Shown one piece after another: positions 31,652 through 41,945 of a stretch of DNA of 64,000 nucleotides. How positions within the stretch are numbered: position 1 is the stretch's first letter; every line of letters starts with the position of its first letter. The DNA comes from an uncultured Planctomycetota bacterium (lineage in GTDB: Bacteria; Planctomycetota; Planctomycetia; Isosphaerales; Isosphaeraceae), in NCBI GenBank assembly GCA_963823665.1, contig CAWGMQ010000004.1, forward strand, positions 2,784,001 to 2,848,000. The letters are read 5' to 3'. Position numbers and translations under genes: made by a program. Below the pieces are notes generated by a model. The model worked only from the letters and a program-made list of their open reading frames with translations, was not told where the DNA came from and ran no database searches.

Positions 31652-32365
31652 TCAATAAAACAGTTTCGATTTCGTTACAAGAAAATACGCGCCAACCGCC
31701 AAGATCACAAGCAGAGCAATCGGAGGCACGATCAACAAGAGCAACGAATTCAGGGCTCTCCAGGCCGAGAATCGCTGCACCTCGCCGAGCGTCTTCACCG
31801 TTACCACCATCCACCAAATCTGCAGCACGAACTCGAGGATGACGGTCGCGGCCAGAGTGTATGCGAGCCCGACATTGCTGAAAAGGCTCGGTTTCTCAAA
31901 GACGAACAGCTCCCTGCCCAAGAGCACCGAGCGCATGATCCAGATTGGAAACGTGGCCAGGAGGGGCACGGAAGACCACGCGAGCGCCGCGCGGACCTCC
32001 CTGGAATCAGCACGGCCGCGCAAGATGCGACAACTCAGGTCGACGAGCCAGGCGCCGACGTACAAGAGGATCACTCCTAGCGGCGGGCCAACCACGACCG
32101 AGATCAACCAGATTACCGGAACGGAGAGCTGGGCGCCCGCGCCGAGCATGGCTTCAAACTGCACCGCCTCCAGGATTCCGCCCAACATCGCGATCGGCAG
32201 CACCAGGAAGGAGGGATTCGTGTCGATGATCGAGCGCATCGTGGCCCGAGGGCGCGTCCAGATGGTCAAGAACGGGCTTGCTCGCGACAGGTCGATCTTC
32301 GGAGTGTCTTTCACCTTCGTCGAAAATCCTCCCACTTGATTCCCGGGCGCCACATCGAGATTCAC
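31652..32365 (-). CDS. Yip1-family membrane protein
   Basis: TIWTRPRATMR, VRAALAWSSVP, EVQRFSAWRA; multiple TM segments. Confidence 0.8.
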   Translation of the reverse strand: MNLDVAPGNQVGGFSTKVKDTPKIDLSRASPFLTIWTRPRATMRSIIDTNPSFLVLPIAMLGGILEAVQFEAMLGAGAQLSVPVIWLISVVVGPPLGVILLYVGAWLVDLSCRILRGRADSREVRAALAWSSVPLLATFPIWIMRSVLLGRELFVFEKPSLFSNVGLAYTLAATVILEFVLQIWWMVVTVKTLGEVQRFSAWRALNSLLLLIVPPIALLVILAVGAYFLVTKSKLFY

Positions 32366-32469
32366 CGGTGCCCTTGGTTCTTGTCAACCCGCATGTTAGA
32401 GTTTCGCGCGGGCGTGAAAGCGACTGTGAAGCCGAGTCCGATCAGCTTCTCGTGACCGAGAGTGGGTAA

Positions 32470-33390
32470 ATGGTCGACCTATCGCTGACGCTGGGCCGCA
32501 TTGCGCTCAGGAACCCGGTGCTGGTCGCCTCGGGGACGTTTGGTTACGTGCGTGAGATGGGGCAGTTCGTCCGGATTGAGCGGCTCGGGGGCGTGATCCC
32601 CAAGACTGTGACCTTCAAGCCGCGCGCGGGCAATCCCACGCCGCGCACCGCCGAGACGGCGTCGGGATTGCTGAATGCGATCGGCCTGGACAACGACGGC
32701 ATCGAGCACTTCATTGCACACCACCTTCCGTACCTGCGCACGATCGGCACGGCGGTGATCGCCAACATCGCCGGGGAAGACGAAGACCAGTTCGTCGCCA
32801 TGGCCGAGATGCTGGGTTCCGAGTCGGGTCTGGCGGCGATCGAGCTGAATATCTCGTGCCCCAACGTGAGCCACGGGCTGGATCTTGGAGTCGAGCCGAG
32901 GACCGTCGGTAAGCTGGTGAGCCGCGTTCGAGCGGCGTGCGGACTGCCGATCATCGCCAAGCTTACCCCGAACGTGACCGACATCGTGCCGATTGCCGCG
33001 GCCGCCGCCGAGGCCGGGGCTGATGCGATCAGCCTGATCAACACGATTCGCGGCATGGCCGTGGACTGGCGCAGGCGCCGGCCGATTCTCGCGTATGACG
33101 TAGGAGGGCTCTCCGGGCCGGCCATCAAGCCGATCGCCTTGCGGATGGTCTGGGAGGTGGCCAAGGCGTTACCTGGGCTGCCGATCATCGGAATCGGCGG
33201 CATCGCCACGGCCGACGACGCACTCGAATTCATGGTGGCGGGCGCGTCAGCCATCCAAGTGGGAACGGCCACCTTCTACAACCCCACCGCGTCGGAGCGG
33301 ATGATTGACGACCTGACGAGGCGACTGGACGAAGCGGGCGTGACCGACGTGCGGCAGATCGTTGGGACGCTTCGATCGAATCGGGGATGA
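32470..33390 (+). CDS. pyrD: Dihydroorotate dehydrogenase, family 1
   Basis: ASGTFGY, NAIGL, ELNISCPNV, KLTPNVTD, GGLSGPAIKP. Confidence 0.95.
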   Translation: MVDLSLTLGRIALRNPVLVASGTFGYVREMGQFVRIERLGGVIPKTVTFKPRAGNPTPRTAETASGLLNAIGLDNDGIEHFIAHHLPYLRTIGTAVIANIAGEDEDQFVAMAEMLGSESGLAAIELNISCPNVSHGLDLGVEPRTVGKLVSRVRAACGLPIIAKLTPNVTDIVPIAAAAAEAGADAISLINTIRGMAVDWRRRRPILAYDVGGLSGPAIKPIALRMVWEVAKALPGLPIIGIGGIATADDALEFMVAGASAIQVGTATFYNPTASERMIDDLTRRLDEAGVTDVRQIVGTLRSNRG

Positions 33391-33391
33391 A

Positions 33392-34150
33392 TCAAGCCCC
33401 TGGCCGGGTCACCCGGTAGACGGTTCCTTCGATCGAGTGGCCACTGTCCTGGCTGCTCTCTACGAGCTCAGCCTGGCACGAAAGACCTGCCGCTCTCACT
33501 GCGATCGGGAAAGCTTCGGCAGCGACGCGGTAGGGGGTGGCGATCAAACCTACGCCGTCGGGAGCAAGCAGCTTGGCGAGTAGATTGGCCACAAGGGGGA
33601 CGAGGGGTCGCTCGTAAATGACGTCTGCTCCGAGGATACGCGGAAAGTGCTCGCCGGGGAGGTCGCGCCAGTCGAGCCGGCGGACAGCAAAGCGAGTGGG
33701 GTCAAAGCCATTCTCCTTGGTGCTCCGGACGACGAAATCGAGCGGCGCGTGGTCGTAATCCGTGAAAAGTACGTTGTGCCCTTGTGCCAGAGCCACAAGG
33801 CCCGCCAGGCCCAGCCCGCAGCCGATTTCGAGGGTGTCAAATGAAAGAACGGTTCCTGACACCTTTTCTGAAGGAGAAAAGGTTCCTGACACCTTTTTTA
33901 GGAGGGTTTCGGCCAGGAGATAGGCGCCGGGCCAGAGATAGGCCCAGTAGGGCATGTAATCGTCGCGGCGGTTCCAGTCTAGCACGGCTGGATCATCCAG
34001 AAGGCGATCCGGGTCAGCCGGGCGCACGACGCGAATCGCGCGACCGCCGATCTCGATGCTCGTGACCATCACCGGTCCTTGATACGCGGTCTCATCGGGA
34101 TCGCCGGGAGGGAGGCCTTCCGATGCGTTCAAGATGCGCTCCAGATTCAT
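33392..34150 (-). CDS. Class I SAM-dependent methyltransferase (METTL21/lysine MTase-like)
   Basis: PYWAYLWP, LEIGCGLGL, TDY, GADVIYE. Confidence 0.85.
   Translation of the reverse strand: MNLERILNASEGLPPGDPDETAYQGPVMVTSIEIGGRAIRVVRPADPDRLLDDPAVLDWNRRDDYMPYWAYLWPGAYLLAETLLKKVSGTFSPSEKVSGTVLSFDTLEIGCGLGLAGLVALAQGHNVLFTDYDHAPLDFVVRSTKENGFDPTRFAVRRLDWRDLPGEHFPRILGADVIYERPLVPLVANLLAKLLAPDGVGLIATPYRVAAEAFPIAVRAAGLSCQAELVESSQDSGHSIEGTVYRVTRPGA
33843..33899. repeat. Direct repeat inside the methyltransferase CDS
   Basis: ggttcctgacacctttt at 33851 and 33881 (30-bp period), encoding KKVSGTFSPSEKVSGTVLS. Confidence 0.8.
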
Positions 34151-34227
34151 CGAGCCAGGTTCGAACACCCGAGAATTGACTGTAGTCGGCGCAAAACAGA
34201 AAGCCAGACTTCACGTGGTCACCCCAG

Positions 34228-34286
34228 TTGACGGGTTCCTGAAGGACAGACTATAATCTTATTGTAATTGAGACTCAATCTCAATT
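34228..34286 (+). promoter_or_regulatory. Sigma70-type promoter with downstream Fur-like operator
   Basis: TTGACG (34228) -18 bp- TATAAT (34252); perfect inverted repeat AATTGAGA-N5-TCTCAATT at 34266-34286. Confidence 0.8.
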
Positions 34287-34348
34287 GCGATCCGATGTGC
34301 GGACTTTGGGGTTGTGCGTGCATGCGTCTGAAGAAAAAGAGCACGGCG

Positions 34349-36732
34349 ATGGCTCGGAGGCAATATCGGTGCTGTCGGAAGGTTCTGGCGCTTCTGGGCG
34401 TCGCGTTTTTCTGTGTGGGTGCGCGCGAGTCTGAAGGGTCTGATGTATCGGGCGTGATCCGTATGCCGGACATATGTTCGCCGGCTGCGAGCCCGGCGGT
34501 GGTTTATTTGACGCCGGTTGCTCCGAACGGCGCGGGCGTGCGTTCAGAACCGCCGGCGATTCCAGTTGCGGCAAGTGACGCACAAGCTGCTGAACTCGTG
34601 CTCGTGAATCAGCGGGGGCTCCAATTCGTGCCGCGGGTGCAGGCGATCGCGCTGGGACAAACCGTTCGCTTCACGAACCAGGACAGTGAAACGCACAATG
34701 TGCACGTCGTCTCACCCTGGTTCTCGCTGAATCAGGCAATGGCGCCTGGACAGCCTCTGGATTTCAAGCCGACCCATGCGGGTGTGATGAAGCTTGCGTG
34801 CGATATTCATCACCACATGCGCGGATATGTGGTTGTCAGCCCGAGTCCCTGGTTCCGGATCTGTGATCGAGACGGACGGTTTCGACTGGCCGGAGTGCCT
34901 GCGGGGCGTTATCGGCTCACCGTCTGGCATGAGATGGGCGAACCGTTGCGAACCGATATCGTGGTCGGTGATAAGGAAGTTGTGCTAGCGCCGCTGTTAT
35001 TGACATTGCCGGCCGGCATTAGCGGCACGCCGGGCGGGCCCGCGAGCCGAAGCGTCGCGCCGGTGCGGCCCTGGGCCGAGGTTCTCGATCGAATCAGCTT
35101 GAAGCTTGTTGAGAGCCGCGACGCAGCCGTGCATTCCGCGATACGAGGAAGGCGTTGCAGTTGGCCGACGACGCCTACTGGGTCGAGTTTGAGGCATCCG
35201 ACCTCGAAACGGCCGTGCAGAGGTATTTGGGCTTCAGCCGGAAAGGCGAGCTGGAAAGGCAGTTCCGAGCGATCCGAACAGCCGTCCGGCAGGTCGGCGC
35301 GACCAAGCGCCGCGACGCGGCCGAGCTCACGGAACTGTGCGATCGATGGATGGCCAGTCTGGTCGCAGTGACGAAGGAGCTCCATGACAAAGGCGTGACG
35401 GACGGGTCAAAGATCGACGCCGTGAGCGTGGCCGCGCCCGGCTTCGGTGATCCCACGGACCTAGCGCCTGGTGGAGATCCCGAGCACCTTATGCAGGAGC
35501 TGAAGCGCGGTTTTGGGCGAGTTGAGCAGGTCGCCGGCAACGACGGTGCGATGGAGGCGGCCTCGGAGCTAACGACGGTGTACATGACGGATTTCGAGCC
35601 ACTTGAGCGCTATCTTCTGGGTCGCAGGCCGCAGGAGGTTCGTCCGCTCGAGATTGAGTTCAATCAACTCCGCGGCGATGTGTCCGCGGGATTGAAAGGC
35701 GATGCGCTATCGGCCCGCCTCGACCTGCTCTCGGGGGAAGTGGAGCGTCTGGTTACTCACCTCGAATCTCAGCCGGCCGGCCAATTTGGCTCGGCCTTCG
35801 CGGCGTCGTTGATCACGATTGTACGCGAAGGCGTGGAGGTTATCCTGATCGTTGCCATGCTGCTGGCACTGGTCGGCAAGGCGACGAGCGCGGCCTTACT
35901 ACGAGGGTTCGCTGACGGCGGCGGGGCGGCGTTGGCCGAAGGAGCTTCACCTGATCAAGGCGACCTTGCCCGCGCGCTCAACGAGGTGAGGTCGCGTTCG
36001 GTCCGAGCGATCTGGTGGGGGGTTGGAGCGGCCGCCCTGGCGAGCGCCGTCACCGCGGTTGCGCTCAACTTGTTGATCGCAAGCGCAGCTGGCGCGGCCC
36101 GGGAAACGCTTGAGGGAGCCGTGATGTTGGTGGCCGCGGCCGTGCTGTTCTATGTCAGCTACTGGCTCGTTTCACGATTCGAAGCGAAGCGGTGGACAGA
36201 TTTCCTGGCCGAGCGAGCGCGTCGCGGCATTGCGCTGGGGGGGCAGGGCACGCTGGCTCTGACCGCGTTTCTCGCCGTGTATCGCGAAGGGGCCGAGACA
36301 TCCCTTCTGTACCAGGCGCTTCTGGGTAGCGAGGGGCGGACTCGCCTGGGCCTTCTCGGCCTGGCTGCCGGCATTGTCGTGGGCGCAGCCGTTCTGGCGC
36401 TTGTCGCTACGCTCATTCGAGCCACTAGTGTGCGGCTGCCGATTCAGCTCTTCTTCAAGGTTTCGGGCCTATTCCTCTTTGTCCTGGCGATCGTGTTTGC
36501 CGGCAACGGAGTCTTCGAGCTTCAGAATGCAGGCGTCCTGATCACGACGAACCTCACGTGGATGGGCCGGGGCCTGCCGTGGGCCGGCGTTTTCCCCAAT
36601 CTTCAAGTCCTGTCGGTGCAGGGGCTGCTGCTCTTCGGTGCCGTCGCCGCGTGGCTCGTCGTACCAAGGTCGGCGCTGGGACCTGGCGCGAGTAAACCTC
36701 CTGGCATCAAGCTCGCGGCCAAGCGCGGGTGA
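34349..36732 (+). CDS. Cupredoxin-like + helical + FTR1 iron permease fusion (frameshift near 35138)
   Basis: HNVH...CDIHHHM in 5' frame; REGVE and REGAE motifs with TM helices in 3' frame; one added base joins them. Confidence 0.8.
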
Positions 36733-36757
36733 ACAGAATCAGGTGGGGAGGCTCGCA

Positions 36758-37400
36758 GTGGCCCAGCGGTGGATCGGTCCGAGCGTGGTCGCCGTGATCC
36801 TCGCGAGCGTGGCGGGTGTCCTTGCCTTGAACCTGAACTGGAAGGGCTGGGGCGGGGGGCCCAAGTCGTCGAAGAGCCCGCCGGAGCCTGCTCAAAATAC
36901 CGCCGGTGCCGGCCACCGGCCGCCGGCGGGCTTCCGCGAGTATCCGATCGGCGAAGAAGTCGAGAAGAATCAGATCCGGATCGCCGCCGTCTATCTTCCG
37001 CCGGTCGAAATGGAGGGCATGCCAGGGCCGAGCCTCGCCATCACTGATCCACCTCGAGGCTGATATTCATGCGACGGAAGGCAATCGCAATGGCTTCCCC
37101 AAGGATGAATTCGTGCCCTATTTGATCGTGAAGTACGTGATCGAGCCGATGGACGCCTCCGCGAAAGCCGGATCGGCCGGGCCGATCGGAGGCCGGATGA
37201 TGCCCATGATGGCGCGAGACGGGTTGCATTATGGCGCCAGCATCGAAATGCCCCATGCCGGCCACTACAAGCTCACTTATTCGATTGCGATCGAGCTGGG
37301 CCGGCACGCCGACCGAGCGACCGGCGTCGACCCCTGGTGGAAACCGTTCGAAGTCTCGTTCGACTGGGATTATCCCGGCCCTCCGAAGGCCCAGGATTGA
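36758..37400 (+). CDS. p19/Tp34-family periplasmic iron-binding protein (frameshift near 37040)
   Basis: EYPIG, IAAVYLPPVEM, IHLEADIHA, PMMARDGLHYG, GRHAD...GVDPWWKPF. Confidence 0.88.
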
Positions 37401-37443
37401 CCGCCAGTTCGAATCAATGAGCTGCATTCCGTACAATTGGAAT

Positions 37444-37471
37444 GGAGCGGGCCGTTCGAAGCGGCCCGCTC
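37444..37471. terminator. GC-rich hairpin between convergent genes
   Basis: ggagcgggccg-ttcgaag-cggcccgctcc; a second hairpin follows at about 37503-37532. Confidence 0.6.
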
Positions 37472-37569
37472 CCGAGAGTCTCAACTTCGGGTTGTGACTG
37501 GAGCCGGTCCCTGGTATCCGCCGGGGACCGGCCCTCCCACTGTCAGTGAACGCTGACGTTGCTGTTGCT

Positions 37570-37776
37570 TCAGCCGCAGCAGCACGTCTTGTTGCAACAA
37601 ACCGGGCTACCGCAGCAGTCTCCACTGCATGAGGAACCGCAGCCGCAGGTATCACCGCAGCAACAAGCCTCGGGTGCCTTCACGACGTTCGACTTCTCGA
37701 CGGCGCTTGCAGCAACGCCCAGAACGGTGGCCAGCGCCAGCGCCCCGACCATGCCCAGTACTCGACGACGATTCAT
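37570..37776 (-). CDS. Exported Cys-rich metallothionein-like peptide
   Basis: MNRRR + hydrophobic signal; 13 Cys in the last 31 residues; ggaga RBS. Confidence 0.8.
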   Translation of the reverse strand: MNRRRVLGMVGALALATVLGVAASAVEKSNVVKAPEACCCGDTCGCGSSCSGDCCGSPVCCNKTCCCG

Positions 37777-38003
37777 GATTTATCTCCCAACTTCACGACC
37801 TGAGAATCGGCCGCACGCACGTTGCGGACGGCGCTCTCCCGCTCCCTGAACAGGGACGGGGAGGACGATCCGGCGCGGGGGGACCGCCTTCCTCGCCCCC
37901 GGCATCGGGGCGAAGCCCGCGCGGCGCGGCACTCAGACCCAGATCGGGCCGACGTACGGACGCCGCACGCACGAGGCTCGGAGACCTCGATGCAGCGGTC
38001 GTT

Positions 38004-38453
38004 TCAAATCAGAAGCCGGGAATTGCGGAGATAGAGAGGAGATTTCCGCGGAGGGCTGATTGTGGGCGGTGCCGGACTGGTAATTGGCCGGGAAACGCTG
38101 GCGATTTCGATCCAACCTGCTGCTGCGTCACGGCCCGGATCGAGACGGCTTTCGTTAGCACGCTGTTCCCTGGGTTCGGGGGCGGTCGGAGCTTGCGGAC
38201 GACAATGACATCCCGGGAGATCCGGACACACATTCCCGTTCTCGAAGGGAACGTCTTGACCGACCGTCGCCGCTGTCGCGATCCGAGTCGGCGTGGCCGA
38301 TTCGGATGCCTTGCAGCAGCACACTGCCCGACATCCTGCGGCGTCCGACATCGACGTACAGGATGCGAATGCATCGCCGCTCATCAGCGACGCACCCACG
38401 AACGCCGCGAGGGCGATCGCTGAGATACGCAGCTTGCTGAAGGCAATCGACAT
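38004..38453 (-). CDS. Exported Cys/Pro-rich protein, possible regulatory leader
   Basis: Signal peptide (AFA), CRAVCCC, CPDLPGCHC, tail PAPPTISPPRKSPLYLRNSRLLI. Confidence 0.7.
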   Translation of the reverse strand: MSIAFSKLRISAIALAAFVGASLMSGDAFASCTSMSDAAGCRAVCCCKASESATPTRIATAATVGQDVPFENGNVCPDLPGCHCRPQAPTAPEPREQRANESRLDPGRDAAAGWIEIASVSRPITSPAPPTISPPRKSPLYLRNSRLLI

Positions 38454-38651
38454 GGTTCCTGCTCGGAATAGCCTGCGATGTGCTTTCGATACACTCGCAC
38501 AGTTTATCGTAGGCGCTCAGAGCTTCGAGGACAAGCTGAACGTGCCGTTTGCCGCAGATGGAGCGTATGGGTCTTGCAGGATTACCTATTTTTTTGTATA
38601 GTAGTATCCGATTGATATCCTGCTCACAGTTTTTCCAGGAAAGGCGAAGCA

Positions 38652-39209
38652 ATGACGGCGAGATTGGTGCTGGGGTTTCTTTTTATCTTAACGGCCGCAG
38701 CCGGCTCCGCCTGGGGATATGCGGATGACGATCCCTGGAAACCCTATGAGTTTCTGATCGGGCAGTGGACAGGAGATGGCGGTGGTGAACCGGGCAAAGG
38801 GTCGGGAGAATTCTCCTTCGCGTGGGACTTGCAAAAGAAGGTGCTGGTGCGAAAGAACCGCGCCGACTTCCCGGCGGCCGGCGGCCGGCCGGCGTTTTCG
38901 CACGAAGACCTCATGGTCATCTACCAAGGCGAGCCCGGCGGGCCTGGCAAGGCGATTTATTTCGATAGTGAAGGCCACGTCATCAATTACGCGGCGAGCG
39001 TATCTGATGACAAGCGGACGCTGACGTTTCTGAGTGAGGCGGCCGCGGCGGTCCCTCGGTTTCGATTGACCTACACGAAGGAAAAGGAGGACACGGTTCA
39101 CATCAAGTTTGAAATCGCACCGCCTGGAAAACCAGATGAGTTCAAGACCTATGTTGAAGGTGGCGCGCGTCGGAAAGATATGCCGAAGCCAGGGGACGCA
39201 GCAAAGTGA
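38652..39209 (+). CDS. Secreted hypothetical beta-rich protein
   Basis: Signal peptide; FLIGQWTG, AIYFDSEGHVINY. Confidence 0.75.
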   Translation: MTARLVLGFLFILTAAAGSAWGYADDDPWKPYEFLIGQWTGDGGGEPGKGSGEFSFAWDLQKKVLVRKNRADFPAAGGRPAFSHEDLMVIYQGEPGGPGKAIYFDSEGHVINYAASVSDDKRTLTFLSEAAAAVPRFRLTYTKEKEDTVHIKFEIAPPGKPDEFKTYVEGGARRKDMPKPGDAAK

Positions 39210-39979
39210 ATCACATCATCAGTTCCGACCGTTCTCATTCGCAGAGTGCGCGCGGGCGTGTTCTGCTGCTGGTGGGTGCCGGCCTTCCGGTTCTTGGAAT
39301 CATCGCGTATGCCGTGCAGATCAGCCTCGGACGACTGACGGTGCCCTGGTACGTGCCGGTGCTGGCATCGCTCGGCGTTGGTTTCGTCGTCATCTCGCTC
39401 TGGACGAGACCGACCTTGTGGCGCGTGCTCGCGCTCATCGCGGTGGCGGTTGTCGCGGCCGGGGAGTGGGGCTTGTTGTTCGCGTTCCGACTGCCGCGGT
39501 ATACCGGGCCAATCGTTGCGGAGGGAGCGTTCCCAGGGTTTGAAACGTCGCGCGCCGACGGCACTGTATTCTCGCGGTCTGATCTCGTGGGCGCTCGAAA
39601 CAACGTGCTCGTCTTCTTCCGCGGACGTTGGTGACCGTTTTGCATGATCGAGCTGGTTCAGCTCGAACGGCACCATGCAGACTTCGAGAAACGCAACGCG
39701 CGCGTGCTGGTGGCCTCGATGGAAGAGCTTGACGATGCGCGGAAAACGCAGGCGCAGTTCCCGCATCTGGTTGTGCTGGCGGACCACAGTCGGAAGCTGT
39801 CCGAGGCGGCCGAGCTTGTTCATCCCCACGCTGGGCCTCTTGGCCGGGACATCGATGTTCCCACCACGATTCTGATTGATCGGCAGGGGACTGTGCGCTG
39901 GGTGTATCGTTCGCCGGCGGTTAATGCTCGGCTTTCGCCGGAGGAAGTTCTGCGAGAGATTGACCGGCGCATGCCCTGA
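39206..39979 (+). CDS. Membrane-anchored AhpC/TSA (redoxin) selenoprotein, Sec at TGA 39632-39634
   Basis: Two track ORFs share a frame; junction reads LVFFRGRW-TGA-PFCMIEL (UxxC); later PTTILIDRQGTVRW. Confidence 0.85.
39635..39670 (+). promoter_or_regulatory. SECIS-like hairpin
   Basis: ccgt...acgg lower stem; tcgagctg/cagctcga upper stem with gtt loop, G at +22 from UGA. Confidence 0.75.
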
Positions 39980-40083
39980 GCGTGCGGATCGCTTCGAGGC
40001 CGGATTCGCTCAGTCGTGGTCTCCTTCATTTGACCGGGCGGTCCGCGTCATCCCGGGAATTCACGAAGGCCGACTAAGTGGCG

Positions 40084-40223
40084 TTTCGCGATTCCGGGAT
40101 GGCGATTTGCCCGGGCATGGAGCACTGGCCACTTGCGAAGCCGGTGCCACCCACCGGCAACGTCGGCGGACGGCACACGGAGGGTGGCTGCTACACCGGA
40201 GCACTGGCGAAGCCAGCGCCACC
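40084..40223. repeat. Composite REP-like element, copy C (joins copies B and A)
   Basis: 5' half matches 5856-5922, 3' part matches 1095-1189. Confidence 0.85.
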
Positions 40224-40253
40224 CACCTGAGTCGCGTGATTGTGCAATGCTAT

Positions 40254-41846
40254 TTAGATCTTTCCGGAGGGCGCTGTCAGTTTCTTCAGGTGGGATTTCT
40301 GGGTGTCCGTGGCGCCCTCGCGGAGCTCGAGCTTCCATTTTTTCTTCGGTGGTTGCTTCGCCTCCGGATCGGGGGGCGGGTCGGGAGCGAACTGCAATCC
40401 GAACCAGTCAAGTGCTTCGGTGTAGTCGAGCTCTTTCGTTGACGAGATGTTCTTCTGGTACCATTCTTTGAGGTCGACGCCGGCGATTTCTTGGGCGGTC
40501 ATTCGGAACTGGTCGGGTGTGAAACCGCGCTCGCCTGCGTAAAGCCTGTAAGCTTGCCGCATGACATCGTCCAGGCTCCTTTTGCCTGCTGTAGCCCGCT
40601 GAATCCGGGCGTCGAGCAGGAAGCCGACGATCGGCCCCTTGGCGTAGTAGTCGACCGTCTTGTTGCGATCGCGACGCACGCCGGAGACACCGGACGACCA
40701 GACGTCGAGCGAAGACTGCTCGAGCGATTGCAGCAGGCGGCCCGGCGAGTTTTGAACCTGATCGATGTGTGAGGACAGAGAGGCGAGAAAATCGTCGGTC
40801 GTGCCCAGGCCCGACCGCGCGACGATCAGCTCGCCGTAGTAGCTGGTGAAGCCCTCGGCGATCCAGAGGCTGCTGGTCTTGGGTGGGTGCTCGAAGTCAA
40901 ACGGCCCGAGCTCGACCGGCCGGAGCCTCTTGACGTTAAAGGCATGGAAATACTCGTGGCTCACGAACGAAAGCCACCGAAAGTTTCTCGGGGCATAAGC
41001 CACTCGGGGCGGTGCGGCCGTGAGCAACGTCGAGTCTTTATGCTCGAGGCCGCCGCCGCCCCGGCGAAAGACGTTCAAGAAGACGTATCGCTTGAACGGG
41101 AGGAAGCCCCAGAGCCGGCGGTTTTCCTCCGCGAGTTTCTGGAGCTCCTTCGCGGCAAGAGCGCCGTTCCAGGGGCCGGTTTCGCCGATGTCGACCAGAA
41201 GATGCTTGCTGCCGTCAACCTCGAATTCGTGGACCGAAGGGTTCCCCGCGACGACGGGTGAATCGACGAGAGTTTCGTAGTCTGGCGCACGGTAATGATG
41301 AGTCGCGTGATCGGCTGCGGGCTCGAGCGCGGTCATCGTCTGTTTCCACGCTGGTGGCAGCACGAATCGGATTTCGTGGGGGCGCGTTGCTTGCTCCACA
41401 AGGGTGATGAACGTCGGCGCGCCGTTGAACACGGCGAACGACTCACCGACGTAGTCGGAGGTCACAGACGAGCGATCGCAAACAACACGATAGGTCACGG
41501 TGACCTTGGCCTTGCCGCCGGTCTCGATTCGCCAGCGGTTTTTCTGGGGATGTTCGACTTTGAGCTCAGTGCCGTCAGGCGCTATCGCTTTCAAGTCTGC
41601 AACCCGGCCGGCGTAATCCTCAACGACATAAAACCCGGGTGACCACACAGGCATCATGATCTCGATGGCCGGCCGACCAGAGGTGGGGACTACAGCTTCG
41701 ACCTCAGCCGCGTGCGACTCGGGCTTGGAGATCTTGACCGTGTGGACGATCGGCTCGAGCGTCTGTGCGCGAGTGGCCGTGGCCGAAGAAAACACCGCGA
41801 ATCCCAAGCAAATCCACGACAAACCCGACATCGCTCGGCGATGCAT
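40254..41846 (-). CDS. M61 family glycyl aminopeptidase
   Basis: GGGLEH, SHEYFHAFNVKRLRP, LWIAEGFTSYY, YYAKG. Confidence 0.93.
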   Translation of the reverse strand: MHRRAMSGLSWICLGFAVFSSATATRAQTLEPIVHTVKISKPESHAAEVEAVVPTSGRPAIEIMMPVWSPGFYVVEDYAGRVADLKAIAPDGTELKVEHPQKNRWRIETGGKAKVTVTYRVVCDRSSVTSDYVGESFAVFNGAPTFITLVEQATRPHEIRFVLPPAWKQTMTALEPAADHATHHYRAPDYETLVDSPVVAGNPSVHEFEVDGSKHLLVDIGETGPWNGALAAKELQKLAEENRRLWGFLPFKRYVFLNVFRRGGGGLEHKDSTLLTAAPPRVAYAPRNFRWLSFVSHEYFHAFNVKRLRPVELGPFDFEHPPKTSSLWIAEGFTSYYGELIVARSGLGTTDDFLASLSSHIDQVQNSPGRLLQSLEQSSLDVWSSGVSGVRRDRNKTVDYYAKGPIVGFLLDARIQRATAGKRSLDDVMRQAYRLYAGERGFTPDQFRMTAQEIAGVDLKEWYQKNISSTKELDYTEALDWFGLQFAPDPPPDPEAKQPPKKKWKLELREGATDTQKSHLKKLTAPSGKI

Positions 41847-41945
41847 AAGAGTGTTCCTCAGTTGCGTAAGGACCGGGATTCATCGCGCCCGGTCGTTTTG
41901 CTCCAGCCTTGTTCGGTTTGGCTCGAGCGGGGCATTGGAATACGG

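Noticed and set aside
37542..37572. Sec read-through of the TGA ending the Cys-rich peptide
   Set aside because: Downstream stem is only 5 bp on the coding strand and pairs better on the other strand; the extension would be 8 unremarkable residues.
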